DNA of 64,000 bases from Alphaproteobacteria bacterium. GTDB lineage: Bacteria > Pseudomonadota > Alphaproteobacteria > MPNO01 > UBA2964. Numbering within the stretch: position 1 is the stretch's first letter; the number at the start of each line of letters is the position of its first letter. The stretch lies in the NCBI GenBank assembly GCA_009377375.1, contig WHUE01000012.1:2427-66426 (forward strand), read 5' to 3'. Shown in pieces: positions 29,542-39,357 of this stretch. The notes beneath the pieces are model-generated. The model was given only the letters and a program-made list of their open reading frames with translations. It was not told the DNA's origin and made no database searches. The translations under genes and the position numbers were made by a program.

Positions 29542-30060
29542 CTATTCCGGCTTAAGCGGCACGGCCTTCGTCTGGTCGGCGCGGAATTTCTCCACCGCCC
29601 TGGCGACCGCCGGATCGGACAGGCCGAGGATGGCGGCGGCCAGCAGCGCGGCATTCACCGCGCCTGCGCGCCCCACCGCCAGAACGCCGACGGGAATGCC
29701 GCCCGGCATCTGCACCATCGACAGCAGGCTGTCCATCCCGCCCATGACGCGGGTCTCCATCGGCACGCCGAGCACCGGCCTCGCGGTCATCGCCGCGACG
29801 ACGCCGGGCAGCGCCGCGGCCATGCCGGCGCCGGCGATGAACACCTGCGTCCCGCCCTGGTCCAGCGCCTTCACCCAGTCCGCCAGCCGGTCCGGGGTGC
29901 GGTGGGCGGAATGGACCGCGACCTCGTGGCCGATCTTCAGCTTCTTCAGCGTGTCCGCCGCGTGGCGCATGGTCTCCCAGTCGGACTGGCTGCCCATGAC
30001 GATGCCGACGCGCGGCGCCCCGCCTGCCGTGGCGGGCTTCTTCGATGGTGTCCTGGCCAT
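29542..30060 (-). CDS. purE: 5-(carboxyamino)imidazole ribonucleotide mutase
   Basis: PurE fold (VGIVMGSQSDW, SAHRTP). Confidence 0.9.
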   Translation of the reverse strand: MARTPSKKPATAGGAPRVGIVMGSQSDWETMRHAADTLKKLKIGHEVAVHSAHRTPDRLADWVKALDQGGTQVFIAGAGMAAALPGVVAAMTARPVLGVPMETRVMGGMDSLLSMVQMPGGIPVGVLAVGRAGAVNAALLAAAILGLSDPAVARAVEKFRADQTKAVPLKPE

Positions 30061-30242
30061 GTGATCGAGCGTCTCCCGGTAATGGTCGCGGCATTATAGG
30101 GAGCGGGGATGCGTCCGCAACGCCGCGCAAGCATTCGTTAATGAAATCGATGCACTCTGGTCGTCACAAGGAGCCGACGGCATGACCGCCGCCCCGCGCG
30201 GTGCGATTCTCCAGGGCTTCAAACTGCGGGCGCGCGCGGCTG

Positions 30243-30971
30243 ATGAAGATTTCGGACACCAGGAGCACGACGCCGGCGTCCCGCTACGCCGCCGCCTACA
30301 GCCGGACGGCGGCCGTCTCCGCGCCGGCCCCGCTCGCCGCCCCGGCGGATTCCGCCAGCATTCTCGGCATTCCCGCCGGCGAGTTGACGCCCAAGGTGCG
30401 CGACGCGCTGATGCGGCTGATGCAGGAGGTGGACAGCCTGCGCCGGGAGCTGGAGCAGAGCCGCCAGCGCATCGCCTATCTGGAGCAGCTCGCCGACCAG
30501 GATTCGCTGGCCCCGGTGGCCAACCGCCGTGCCTTCGTGCGCGAGCTGTCGCGCACCATCGCGTTCTCCGAGCGCTACAATTCGCCCTCCAGCGTGATCT
30601 ATTTCGACGTCAACGGCCTCAAGCCGATCAACGACACGTACGGCCACCCGGCAGGCGACGCCGCGCTGATGCAGATCGCCGACGCGCTGGTGGAGAACGT
30701 GCGCGAATCGGACATCGTCGGTCGGCTCGGCGGCGACGAGTTCGCGGTCATCCTGAGCCACGGCGACGAGGAGGCGGCGCGGGAGAAGGCGGAATCGCTG
30801 TCGGCGACGATCGAATCCCGGCCGCTCGACTGGAACGGCGCGGCGATCCCGCTGCGCGTGTCCTGGGGCGTCTACACCTTCCGCGGTGGCGACAGCGCCG
30901 GCGAGGCCCTGGCGGCCGCCGACCGCGCGATGTACGCCCACAAGCAGCAGTGGAAGACGGTCCGCGGCTGA
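30243..30971 (+). CDS. GGDEF-domain diguanylate cyclase with N-terminal coiled coil
   Basis: intact RLGGDEFAV active-site motif; start ATG 30243 (MKISDTRS). Confidence 0.8.
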   Translation: MKISDTRSTTPASRYAAAYSRTAAVSAPAPLAAPADSASILGIPAGELTPKVRDALMRLMQEVDSLRRELEQSRQRIAYLEQLADQDSLAPVANRRAFVRELSRTIAFSERYNSPSSVIYFDVNGLKPINDTYGHPAGDAALMQIADALVENVRESDIVGRLGGDEFAVILSHGDEEAAREKAESLSATIESRPLDWNGAAIPLRVSWGVYTFRGGDSAGEALAAADRAMYAHKQQWKTVRG

Positions 30972-30996
30972 CGCACCGGCGCCGTTTCCGGCGCGG

Positions 30997-31203
30997 TCAG
31001 GCGATCCAGTCGGGCACCAGGCGGCTGCGGACGCGCGAGATCTGGTCCTTCAGCAGCAGCTTGCGTTTCTTGAGCCGCTGCATCTGGATCTGGTCGAACG
31101 GCCCCCCGCCGACGATGCGCGCAATGATATCGTCGAGGTCCCGGTGTTCGGTTTCCAGCTCCTTGAGCCGGGTTTGCAAGGCTTCGCGCTCTTCGTTTTC
31201 CAT
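30997..31203 (-). CDS. DUF465 (YdcH-like) family protein
   Basis: MENEEREALQTRLKELETEHRDLDDII is typical of DUF465. Confidence 0.65.
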   Translation of the reverse strand: MENEEREALQTRLKELETEHRDLDDIIARIVGGGPFDQIQMQRLKKRKLLLKDQISRVRSRLVPDWIA

Positions 31204-31301
31204 CGTTCCGGCGCTGTAATTGACGACGCAATCTAGCAAATTTTATCCCACCGCGGTGACTTACCGATTGACGTGGCCGGCCAAGAGGTAAAACTAGCGC
31301 C

Positions 31302-32387
31302 ATGGCGGAAATCGGACGTATCGGTGTCCTGACCAGCGGCGGGGACTGCGCCGGTTTGAACGCCGCGATCCGCGCGGTGGCCCAGCGGGCCATTCTCGGA
31401 TACGGCTGGCGTGTCTTCGGCATCCACGAGGGCACGCGCGGGCTGATGGACCGCCCGGTCGGCTGCAGGGAACTCACCCTCAGCATGTTCGACGGCAACG
31501 TGCTGCGCATGGGCGGCACCATCCTCGGCACCACGAACCACGGCGATCCGTTCCATTTCCCGATGCCCGACGGCAGTTACAGGGACCGGTCGGCGGAGAT
31601 CGCGGAGGGCTACCATGAGTTGGGGCTCGATGCGCTGATTGCCATCGGCGGCGACGGCAGCCTGTCGATCGTGCGCCGGATCGCCGAGCAGGGCGGGATG
31701 AAGCTGATCGGCATTCCCAAGACCATCGACAACGACGTGCCGTTCACCGAGAACGCCATCGGCTACGTCACCGCCGTCGACGTCGCGACCGAGGCGCTGG
31801 ACCGGCTGCAGCCGACGGCGGCCAGCCACAACCGGGTGATGCTTCTGGAGGTGATGGGGCGCGACAACGGCCATATCGCCATCAATACCGGCATCGCCGG
31901 CGGCGCCGACGTCATCCTGATTCCCGAAATCCCCTACACCATGCAAAGCGTCCGCCAGAAGCTCGAGGCGGTGCGGGCGGCGGGCCGAAACTTCGGCCTG
32001 GTCGTGGTCGCCGAGGCGGTGAAGACCGAGAACGGCGAACCCGTGATCACGCTCGGCCATGACGGCAAGCAGCGGCTCGGCGGGGTCGGCCACTATCTGG
32101 GACGCCGCATCACCGAGGAGACCGGCGCGGAGACGCGGGTAACGGTGCTGGGCCACACCCAGCGCGGCGGTACGCCCAGCCCGCGCGACCGGATATTCGC
32201 GTCCGCCTTCGGGGTTCACGCCGTCGATCTCGTGGCGCAGGGCAAGTTCGACCGTATGGTCGCCTGGGCCAACCGCGCCGTGATCGACGTGCCGCTGCGC
32301 GACGTCATCGATCATAACCATCCGGTCGACCTGAATGGAGCGATCGTGCATACCGCCCGCGGCCTGGGGATATGTCTTGGCGATTGA
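31302..32387 (+). CDS. pfk: 6-phosphofructokinase (group III; phosphoryl donor unclear)
   Basis: PFK domain; the GGDGS motif (Gly104-type) is combined with PKTIDND (Lys124-type). Confidence 0.85.
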   Translation: MAEIGRIGVLTSGGDCAGLNAAIRAVAQRAILGYGWRVFGIHEGTRGLMDRPVGCRELTLSMFDGNVLRMGGTILGTTNHGDPFHFPMPDGSYRDRSAEIAEGYHELGLDALIAIGGDGSLSIVRRIAEQGGMKLIGIPKTIDNDVPFTENAIGYVTAVDVATEALDRLQPTAASHNRVMLLEVMGRDNGHIAINTGIAGGADVILIPEIPYTMQSVRQKLEAVRAAGRNFGLVVVAEAVKTENGEPVITLGHDGKQRLGGVGHYLGRRITEETGAETRVTVLGHTQRGGTPSPRDRIFASAFGVHAVDLVAQGKFDRMVAWANRAVIDVPLRDVIDHNHPVDLNGAIVHTARGLGICLGD

Positions 32388-32463
32388 GCCACAAGGCACC
32401 ATTTCAAATCTGTATGGGCCGGCTCCGGCGGCGTTTCTTGATTGGCAACGATGGAGGTTATCC

Positions 32464-32631
32464 ATGAGCGTTTCGGAACATATCGAAACCCTTCGCGCAA
32501 AGCATCAGAAGCTGGAAGGGAGGCTGGAGGACGAGATCAACCGTCCCCACCCCGACGACACCCTGGTCGCCGATCTTAAAAAGGAAAAGCTCCGGATCAA
32601 GGACGAGCTGGCGCAGCTCACGACGCATTAG
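32464..32631 (+). CDS. DUF465 (YdcH-like) family protein
   Basis: MSVSEHIETLRAKHQKLEGRLEDEI... is a second DUF465 paralog; a hairpin followed by TTTT lies after it. Confidence 0.6.
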   Translation: MSVSEHIETLRAKHQKLEGRLEDEINRPHPDDTLVADLKKEKLRIKDELAQLTTH

Positions 32632-32704
32632 CCGCGCCGCAGACAAGCTGTGGGACCGGCCCGGGGTGGGCGGGCCGGAACAGGCTACGGTTTGTGAAAC
32701 ACAG

Positions 32705-32740
32705 GGGCGGATGCCGGGATCAGGCGCCGCCCTTTTGCAT
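32705..32740 (+). terminator. candidate rho-independent terminator after the DUF465 gene
   Basis: GGGCGG...CCGCCC stem followed by TTTTGC. Confidence 0.4.
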
Positions 32741-32751
32741 GTCCGGGGCGC

Positions 32752-33060
32752 TCAGGCCGTGACGGCGGCGACCGGCGCCGGGGCGCTGCCGGTCCGCGCG
32801 GCCCGGCGATAAGCCGCGGCGGCGCCGGCGGCTATGGCGCCCGGACCCTCATCCTCGAGCATGATCTGGCCGATCTGCTGCGCCACATAAGGCACGGCGG
32901 ATGCGACGGCGAAGGCGCTGCTGGCGGCGACGCGCCGGATGGCGGCATCCCGCCCGGCCGCCGCCCTGCTTCCGGCGAGGCGGAAGGTGGGGTCGCCGGC
33001 CGCGGGCCGCTCGCGGTAGCTGCGGGGCCGGAAGGCCTTGCTGGCAGGGAGAATCTTCAC
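32752..33060 (-). CDS. hypothetical protein (weak call)
   Basis: ORF of ordinary GC content whose start abuts the AT-rich island; no recognisable family. Confidence 0.25.
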   Translation of the reverse strand: MKILPASKAFRPRSYRERPAAGDPTFRLAGSRAAAGRDAAIRRVAASSAFAVASAVPYVAQQIGQIMLEDEGPGAIAAGAAAAYRRAARTGSAPAPVAAVTA

Positions 33061-33084
33061 CCGATGCTTCCGATAGATGGTCAG

Positions 33085-33205
33085 TCCGAAGCAGCAAACT
33101 TAGTGAAAAATAAATAAAAATCAACGAAAAATTAATGTAATTCCTAATATAGTTAATATTAATTAACATTAATCGGATTCAGACATCGTCTGTTAAGCAT
33201 AGCAC
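33085..33205. promoter_or_regulatory. AT-rich island (about 15% GC core) in a divergent promoter region
   Basis: aaaaataaataaaaatcaacgaaaaattaatgtaattcctaatatagttaatattaattaacattaat; multiple TTAA/ATTAA repeats. Confidence 0.6.
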
Positions 33206-33385
33206 TGGGCCGCAGAATTCTGCCAAAAATATAAAGCCGGGCTTATGCACCGCAAACGCGGCGGTCGACGGTGTTTTTAACAAATTAGAAAGAGCTGCTG
33301 TCCTATCGTCAGGCCGTACCCCTTCGCCCCGTGCGGCAGGGGTGCAGGCTCCCATGTAGGGGGCGTGTTTTGCAGGAAGCAGAGT

Positions 33386-35113
33386 ATGAGCGACTCAACC
33401 CACCAGCTTGAGCGCCTGCAGGCCGCTTACGAGGCCTCCGGCGATCTCGCCTATGACTGGAATCTCGTCGATGACGGGATCGCCTGGCTGGGCGGCAATC
33501 CGGCGAGTCTGGGGCTTCCGGCGTTCAGCGAGCTGTCGAACGGCGAAGCCTTCCATCAGCACATCCATCCCGACGATCTGACCGTTCGCCTGGAAGCGCT
33601 CTCGGCGCTCTACAAGGGGCGGCGCTCGTTCGAATGCGAATTCCGCTGCCGCGGCGGCGACGGCCGCTTCAGGCGTTTCCACGACCGCGGCGTGGCGGTC
33701 TATGGCCCCGACGGCCGCCCCTTGCGGCTGTCGGGCATTCTGCGCGCGGTCGGCGGGCAGCGTCGGGAGCCTTTGCGGGACCGCCATTTTGCCGATTACG
33801 ACGAGTTGACCGGCCGCTACAGCCGCACCCGTCTGCACGAGGCGCTGGATCAGGCGATCTACTATGCGCTGCGCTACGACGTGTCCGGCGCCTTCATGGT
33901 GGTGGGGGTGGACAAGATCAACGTGGTCAACCAGGCGTTCGGCTACGAGGTCGCCGACGCGATCATACTGGCCATCGGCCAGCGACTGGACCGCTGCCTG
34001 CGCGCCAGCGACACGGTGGGCCGGCTTGGCGGCGACCGCTTCGGCGTCGTGCTGACCAACTGTCCCTCCTCGGACGTGCCCCAGGCGGCCGAAAAGCTGC
34101 TGGAGATCGCGCGCAACACCCGGATCGACACCCCGTCGGGGCCGATTCACGTCACCGTGTCGGTCGGCGCCGTGGTGTTCCCGCGTGCGATCCGCGCCTC
34201 GGTCGATGCCGTGACCAAGGCCGAGATCGCGCTGCAGAACGCCAAGCGGGCGAGCAGCAACTCGTGGTCGGTCTACAGCTATTCCGAAGAGCAGCGCCGC
34301 GACCACCGCCGCAACATGGTGGTCGCGGAACAGGTCAAACGGGCATTGACGGACGAGCGTCTCGCGCTGGCGTTCCAGCCCATCGTGCGCGCCAGCGATC
34401 ACGTGCCCGAGATGCACGAATGCCTGCTGCGCATGACCCTGCCGGACGGCGAGCTCGTGCCCGCCGGGGCCTTCATGCCGGTTGTCGAGGAGCTGGGGCT
34501 TATCCGCCTCATCGACAAGAGGGTGCTGGAGCTGGCGATCGCCCAGATGGACACGCACCCGGCGGCGCGGCTCGCGGTCAACGTTTCGGCGCTGACGGCG
34601 ACGAACCGGTCATGGCTGAGCGGCACGGTCGCCGCGCTGCGCCCGCGCCCGGAAATCGCCGAGCGGCTGACGGTGGAGATCACCGAAACCGCGGGGCTCG
34701 ACGACGTGGAGGAATGCGCGCGTTTCGTCGCCACGCTGCGCGACCTCGGCTGCCGCGTCGCGCTGGACGATTTCGGCGCCGGCTACACCTCGTTCCGCCA
34801 TCTCAAGATGCTCGCCGTCAACATGGTGAAGATCGACGGCTCCTTCGTCCGCGACATCGCCAACAACCCGGACAACCTGATCTTCATCCGCACCCTGATC
34901 GGCCTCGCCGGCAATTTCGGCCTCGACACGGTGGCCGAATGCGTCGAGCACATGGAAGAGGCCACGCTGCTGCGCGATGAAGGGGTGCAGTATCTTCAGG
35001 GCTATGCCTTCGGCAAGCCGTCCCTGATCCCGCCCTGGCCCTCCGCCGCGCCGCGCCAAATCGCCGCAGCGCCTGCGGAGCGCGTCAGACTGGGGCAGCG
35101 CCGTCTCGGCTGA
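33386..35113 (+). CDS. PAS-GGDEF(degenerate)-EAL signalling protein, likely a c-di-GMP phosphodiesterase
   Basis: GGDEF motif degenerate to GGDRF; EAL domain has QPIV, ECLLRM (in place of EALLRW), EITE, DDFGAGYTS, KIDGSF. Confidence 0.8.
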   Translation: MSDSTHQLERLQAAYEASGDLAYDWNLVDDGIAWLGGNPASLGLPAFSELSNGEAFHQHIHPDDLTVRLEALSALYKGRRSFECEFRCRGGDGRFRRFHDRGVAVYGPDGRPLRLSGILRAVGGQRREPLRDRHFADYDELTGRYSRTRLHEALDQAIYYALRYDVSGAFMVVGVDKINVVNQAFGYEVADAIILAIGQRLDRCLRASDTVGRLGGDRFGVVLTNCPSSDVPQAAEKLLEIARNTRIDTPSGPIHVTVSVGAVVFPRAIRASVDAVTKAEIALQNAKRASSNSWSVYSYSEEQRRDHRRNMVVAEQVKRALTDERLALAFQPIVRASDHVPEMHECLLRMTLPDGELVPAGAFMPVVEELGLIRLIDKRVLELAIAQMDTHPAARLAVNVSALTATNRSWLSGTVAALRPRPEIAERLTVEITETAGLDDVEECARFVATLRDLGCRVALDDFGAGYTSFRHLKMLAVNMVKIDGSFVRDIANNPDNLIFIRTLIGLAGNFGLDTVAECVEHMEEATLLRDEGVQYLQGYAFGKPSLIPPWPSAAPRQIAAAPAERVRLGQRRLG

Positions 35114-35216
35114 GACTTCTTTTCCCCGTTTCGTCACCGTTTTCACTCCCCCGCGCCTTGCGCCTCGCTATACTTGGGCCATATCCCGAACTGTCAGCGA
35201 ATAGGGGAATTTTCAG

Positions 35217-36392
<1,176 letters not shown>

Positions 36393-36464
36393 ACATATCC
36401 TGTACGGCGCATCCCGGCCGGGAGGGGCGGGTCGCGGACGGAACCGTAAGGGAGGGATGACGAT

Positions 36465-37187
36465 ATGGCGCGTGTGGCTGTGGTGACGGGAGGAACCCGC
36501 GGCATCGGTGAAGCCATCTGCAAACGGCTGAAGGAAGCGGGTTACACCGTCGCCGCGATCTACGGCGGCAACGACGCGGCGGCGAAGACCTTTACCGACG
36601 CCACGGGCATCCCCGCTTACAAGGTGGATGTCTCCGATTTCGGCGCGTGCAAGGCGGGGATGGAGAAGATCGCGGCCGAGCTCGGCCCGATCGAGGTGCT
36701 GGTCAACAACGCCGGCATCACCCGCGACGGCACCATGCACCGCATGAGTCACGAGAACTGGCAGGCGGTGATCGACACCAATCTCGGCGGCTGCTTCAAC
36801 ATGAGCCGTTGCGTGATCGACGGCATGCGCGAGCGCGGCTTCGGCCGCATCGTCAATATCGGCTCGATCAACGGCCAGGCCGGTCAGTACGGTCAGGTCA
36901 ACTACGCCGCCGCTAAGTCCGGCATCCACGGCTTCACCAAGGCGCTGGCCCAGGAAGGCGCGGCGCGCGGGATCACCGTCAACGCCATCGCGCCGGGCTA
37001 TGTCGACACCGAGATGGTGCGCGCCGTGCCGCCCGACGTGCTGGAGAAGATCATCGCGCGCATTCCGGCGGGCCGGCTCGGCAGCGCCGACGACATCGCC
37101 CGCGGGGTGCTTTTCCTGGTCGCCGACGCGGCCGATTTCGTCACCGGCGCCACGCTGTCGATCAACGGCGGCCAGCACATGTACTGA
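36465..37187 (+). CDS. phaB: acetoacetyl-CoA reductase
   Basis: SDR-family acetoacetyl-CoA reductase, adjacent to phaA. Confidence 0.9.
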   Translation: MARVAVVTGGTRGIGEAICKRLKEAGYTVAAIYGGNDAAAKTFTDATGIPAYKVDVSDFGACKAGMEKIAAELGPIEVLVNNAGITRDGTMHRMSHENWQAVIDTNLGGCFNMSRCVIDGMRERGFGRIVNIGSINGQAGQYGQVNYAAAKSGIHGFTKALAQEGAARGITVNAIAPGYVDTEMVRAVPPDVLEKIIARIPAGRLGSADDIARGVLFLVADAADFVTGATLSINGGQHMY

Positions 37188-37208
37188 GGCGGGCGAGCGC
37201 CGCCGCCG

Positions 37209-37832
37209 CTACGCCACTTCGCCCGGGGTGACCAGCCGGGTGGCTATCAGCGACGGCCGCCTCGTGAAGGCGTCGAACCAGTCGGCCAGCGCCGCGTGCT
37301 CCGCCCGCCAGTCGAGATCCGGCAGGTGGATGGCCAGCAGTTCCAGCGCCACCGCGACGGTCAGCGTTCCCACCGTCGCTTCCTCCTTCAGCGCGCCGGC
37401 CTCGGCGTCCAGCGAGGCGAGGCCGCGCTCGACCACGCTGCGGTTGTGGGCGATCCATCCGGCGGACTGGCGCTCCGGCTTGCGCATCCTCTCGATCATG
37501 GCGAGCACGGCGGCGTCCATCATGCCGTCGGCCAGCGCCTGGAGGCGCAGCGCCTTCCATCGTTCGGGGCCGGATCGCGGGATCAGCCGGTTGCCGCCGT
37601 GCTCGCTGTCCAGGTATTCGATGATCACCGGCGAGTCGTAAAGCACCTGTCCGTCCTCGGCGATCAGGCAGGGCACCTTGCGCAGCGGGTTGGGCGAATC
37701 CGCCATGTCGTCGCGCTTCATCGGGTTGGTGGGGACGCGCTCGACCCTGTCCTGCAGCCCCAGCTCCTCGACGGCCAGCCAGACCTTGCGCACGAAGGGC
37801 GAGGCGGGGGAATAGTGCAGCTTCATCGTCAT
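37209..37832 (-). CDS. glutathione S-transferase
   Basis: GST N/C domains; paralog of the adjacent gene. Confidence 0.8.
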   Translation of the reverse strand: MTMKLHYSPASPFVRKVWLAVEELGLQDRVERVPTNPMKRDDMADSPNPLRKVPCLIAEDGQVLYDSPVIIEYLDSEHGGNRLIPRSGPERWKALRLQALADGMMDAAVLAMIERMRKPERQSAGWIAHNRSVVERGLASLDAEAGALKEEATVGTLTVAVALELLAIHLPDLDWRAEHAALADWFDAFTRRPSLIATRLVTPGEVA

Positions 37833-37839
37833 CGTTTTC

Positions 37840-38445
37840 TCACTTCGGTCCGGTCGCCTGCATCGACGGGCGCTGGCTGAATGCTTGGTACCACGCGGCG
37901 ACTGCCGGCCAGCGCTCCTCCCACCCCTCGAGCTTGTCGGGCAGGCGCAGCAGGATCCAGTCGAGCCCGCATCCCAGCGCGATCTGGCCGATGGTCAGCT
38001 CGCCATTCAGAAGCGCCGCGTTGCTGTCGATCGCGTCCAGCGTGCGTTCGACCTTGGCCCAGTTGCGGCTCTCCCAGTCCTCCCAGTACTTCTCCGCCGG
38101 CCGCGCCCGTTCGCGCTGAACCGCGATGGCGGATTCGGTCATCCCGTCGGCCAGCGCCTCCAGCCACAGCGCGTTGCGCCGAGCTTCGGGCTGCTTCGGA
38201 ATCAGCTTCGCGCCGTCATGCTGCCCGTCAAGCCAGGCGCAGATGACCGAGGATTCGATCATCGGCTTGCCGTCGTCGGTGATCAGCGTCGGCACCCGGC
38301 CCAGCGGGTTGTCCCGGGCCAGCCCGTCGGTGGGATCGGCGAAATCCGTGGGCACTCGCTCGATGCGGCCGTCGAGGCCGGTCTCGATCGCGGTGACCGT
38401 CACCTTGCGGACGAAGGGCGAACCGGCGGCGAAGCGCAGCTTCAT
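37840..38445 (-). CDS. glutathione S-transferase
   Basis: GST N/C domains; start abuts the gloB stop. Confidence 0.8.
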   Translation of the reverse strand: MKLRFAAGSPFVRKVTVTAIETGLDGRIERVPTDFADPTDGLARDNPLGRVPTLITDDGKPMIESSVICAWLDGQHDGAKLIPKQPEARRNALWLEALADGMTESAIAVQRERARPAEKYWEDWESRNWAKVERTLDAIDSNAALLNGELTIGQIALGCGLDWILLRLPDKLEGWEERWPAVAAWYQAFSQRPSMQATGPK

Positions 38446-39216
38446 TCAGAAATTGTCCTTGCGGGTGCGGATTTCGGCGAACACCGCGACCGGGTCGGCA
38501 TCCGCCATGCCGATGGCGCGCTTCAGCGGCTCCGCGCCGGTGCGCAGGAACGGGTTGGTCTCGCGCTCCTCGCCCAGCGTCGAGGGCACGGTTGGCTTGC
38601 CGGCCTCGCGCAGCGCGTCGATCGCCTTCGACCGCGCCGCCAGCGCCGCGTTACCGGGCTCCACCGTCAGCGCGAATTTCGCGTTGGCCTGGGTGTATTC
38701 GTGGGCGCAGAAGACGCGGGCATCGTCCGGCAGCCCGTCATACTTCCCCAGCGAATGCCACATCTGCTCGAACGTGCCCTCGAACACGCGGCCGCAGCCC
38801 AGCGCGAACAGCGTGTCGCCGCAGAACAGCGCCTTGCTCCCCGGAAACCAGAACGAGATATGGCCGCGCGTGTGGCCGGGCGTGTCGAAGACCTGCGCCC
38901 TGGCGCCGCCGACGCTGTAGGTGTCGCCGTCGCCGACGTCGATGTCGATGCCGGCGATGCGGTCGTGATCGGCGCGGGGCCCCACCACGACGCAGCCGTA
39001 TTTCTCCTTCAGCTCCAGGTTGCCGCCGGTGTGGTCGTTGTGGTGGTGGGTGTTCAGGATATGCGTCAGCGCCCAGCCCAGCTCGTCCAGCTTCGCGAGG
39101 ACGGGCGCGGCGTCCGAGGGATCGACCACCGCGACCTTGCCCTCCGCGCTTTCGCGGATCAGGTAGACGTAATTGTCCTTGCGGGTCGGAATCTGGTGAA
39201 TCTCGAGGGTCGACAT
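38446..39216 (-). CDS. gloB: hydroxyacylglutathione hydrolase (glyoxalase II)
   Basis: metallo-beta-lactamase HHHNDH motif; ATG 39216 with GGAGGA RBS; the upstream ORF extension is non-coding. Confidence 0.9.
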   Translation of the reverse strand: MSTLEIHQIPTRKDNYVYLIRESAEGKVAVVDPSDAAPVLAKLDELGWALTHILNTHHHNDHTGGNLELKEKYGCVVVGPRADHDRIAGIDIDVGDGDTYSVGGARAQVFDTPGHTRGHISFWFPGSKALFCGDTLFALGCGRVFEGTFEQMWHSLGKYDGLPDDARVFCAHEYTQANAKFALTVEPGNAALAARSKAIDALREAGKPTVPSTLGEERETNPFLRTGAEPLKRAIGMADADPVAVFAEIRTRKDNF

Positions 39217-39357
39217 GGTTGCGGCTCCTCCGGATTTTCGGTGCGAACTCGGTGCGCGGAAGGTAGCAAACGCCCCGCGCGTCGCCAAGCCGGCCCTGTG
39301 CGGTCCCGCTCGTGCGGCCATTGGGGATTTGGGCACTGGATACGCTAATATAAGATC

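Noticed and set aside
30182-31219. 345-aa plus-strand ORF overlapping the GGDEF gene in another frame
   Set aside because: No motifs. The overlapping frame with the intact GGDEF domain is the real gene.
33121-33160. CtrA box in the AT-rich island
   Set aside because: The TTAA repeats have N6 rather than the canonical N7 spacing. They are only a near-match, so I report this as speculation and not as a site.
32849-33169. 106-aa ORF beginning inside the AT-rich island (MLININYIRNYINF...)
   Set aside because: The translation of the AT tract is a compositional artefact. The remainder is Arg-rich with no start context.
33395-34558. 387-aa ORF antisense to the PAS-GGDEF-EAL gene
   Set aside because: An antisense artefact.
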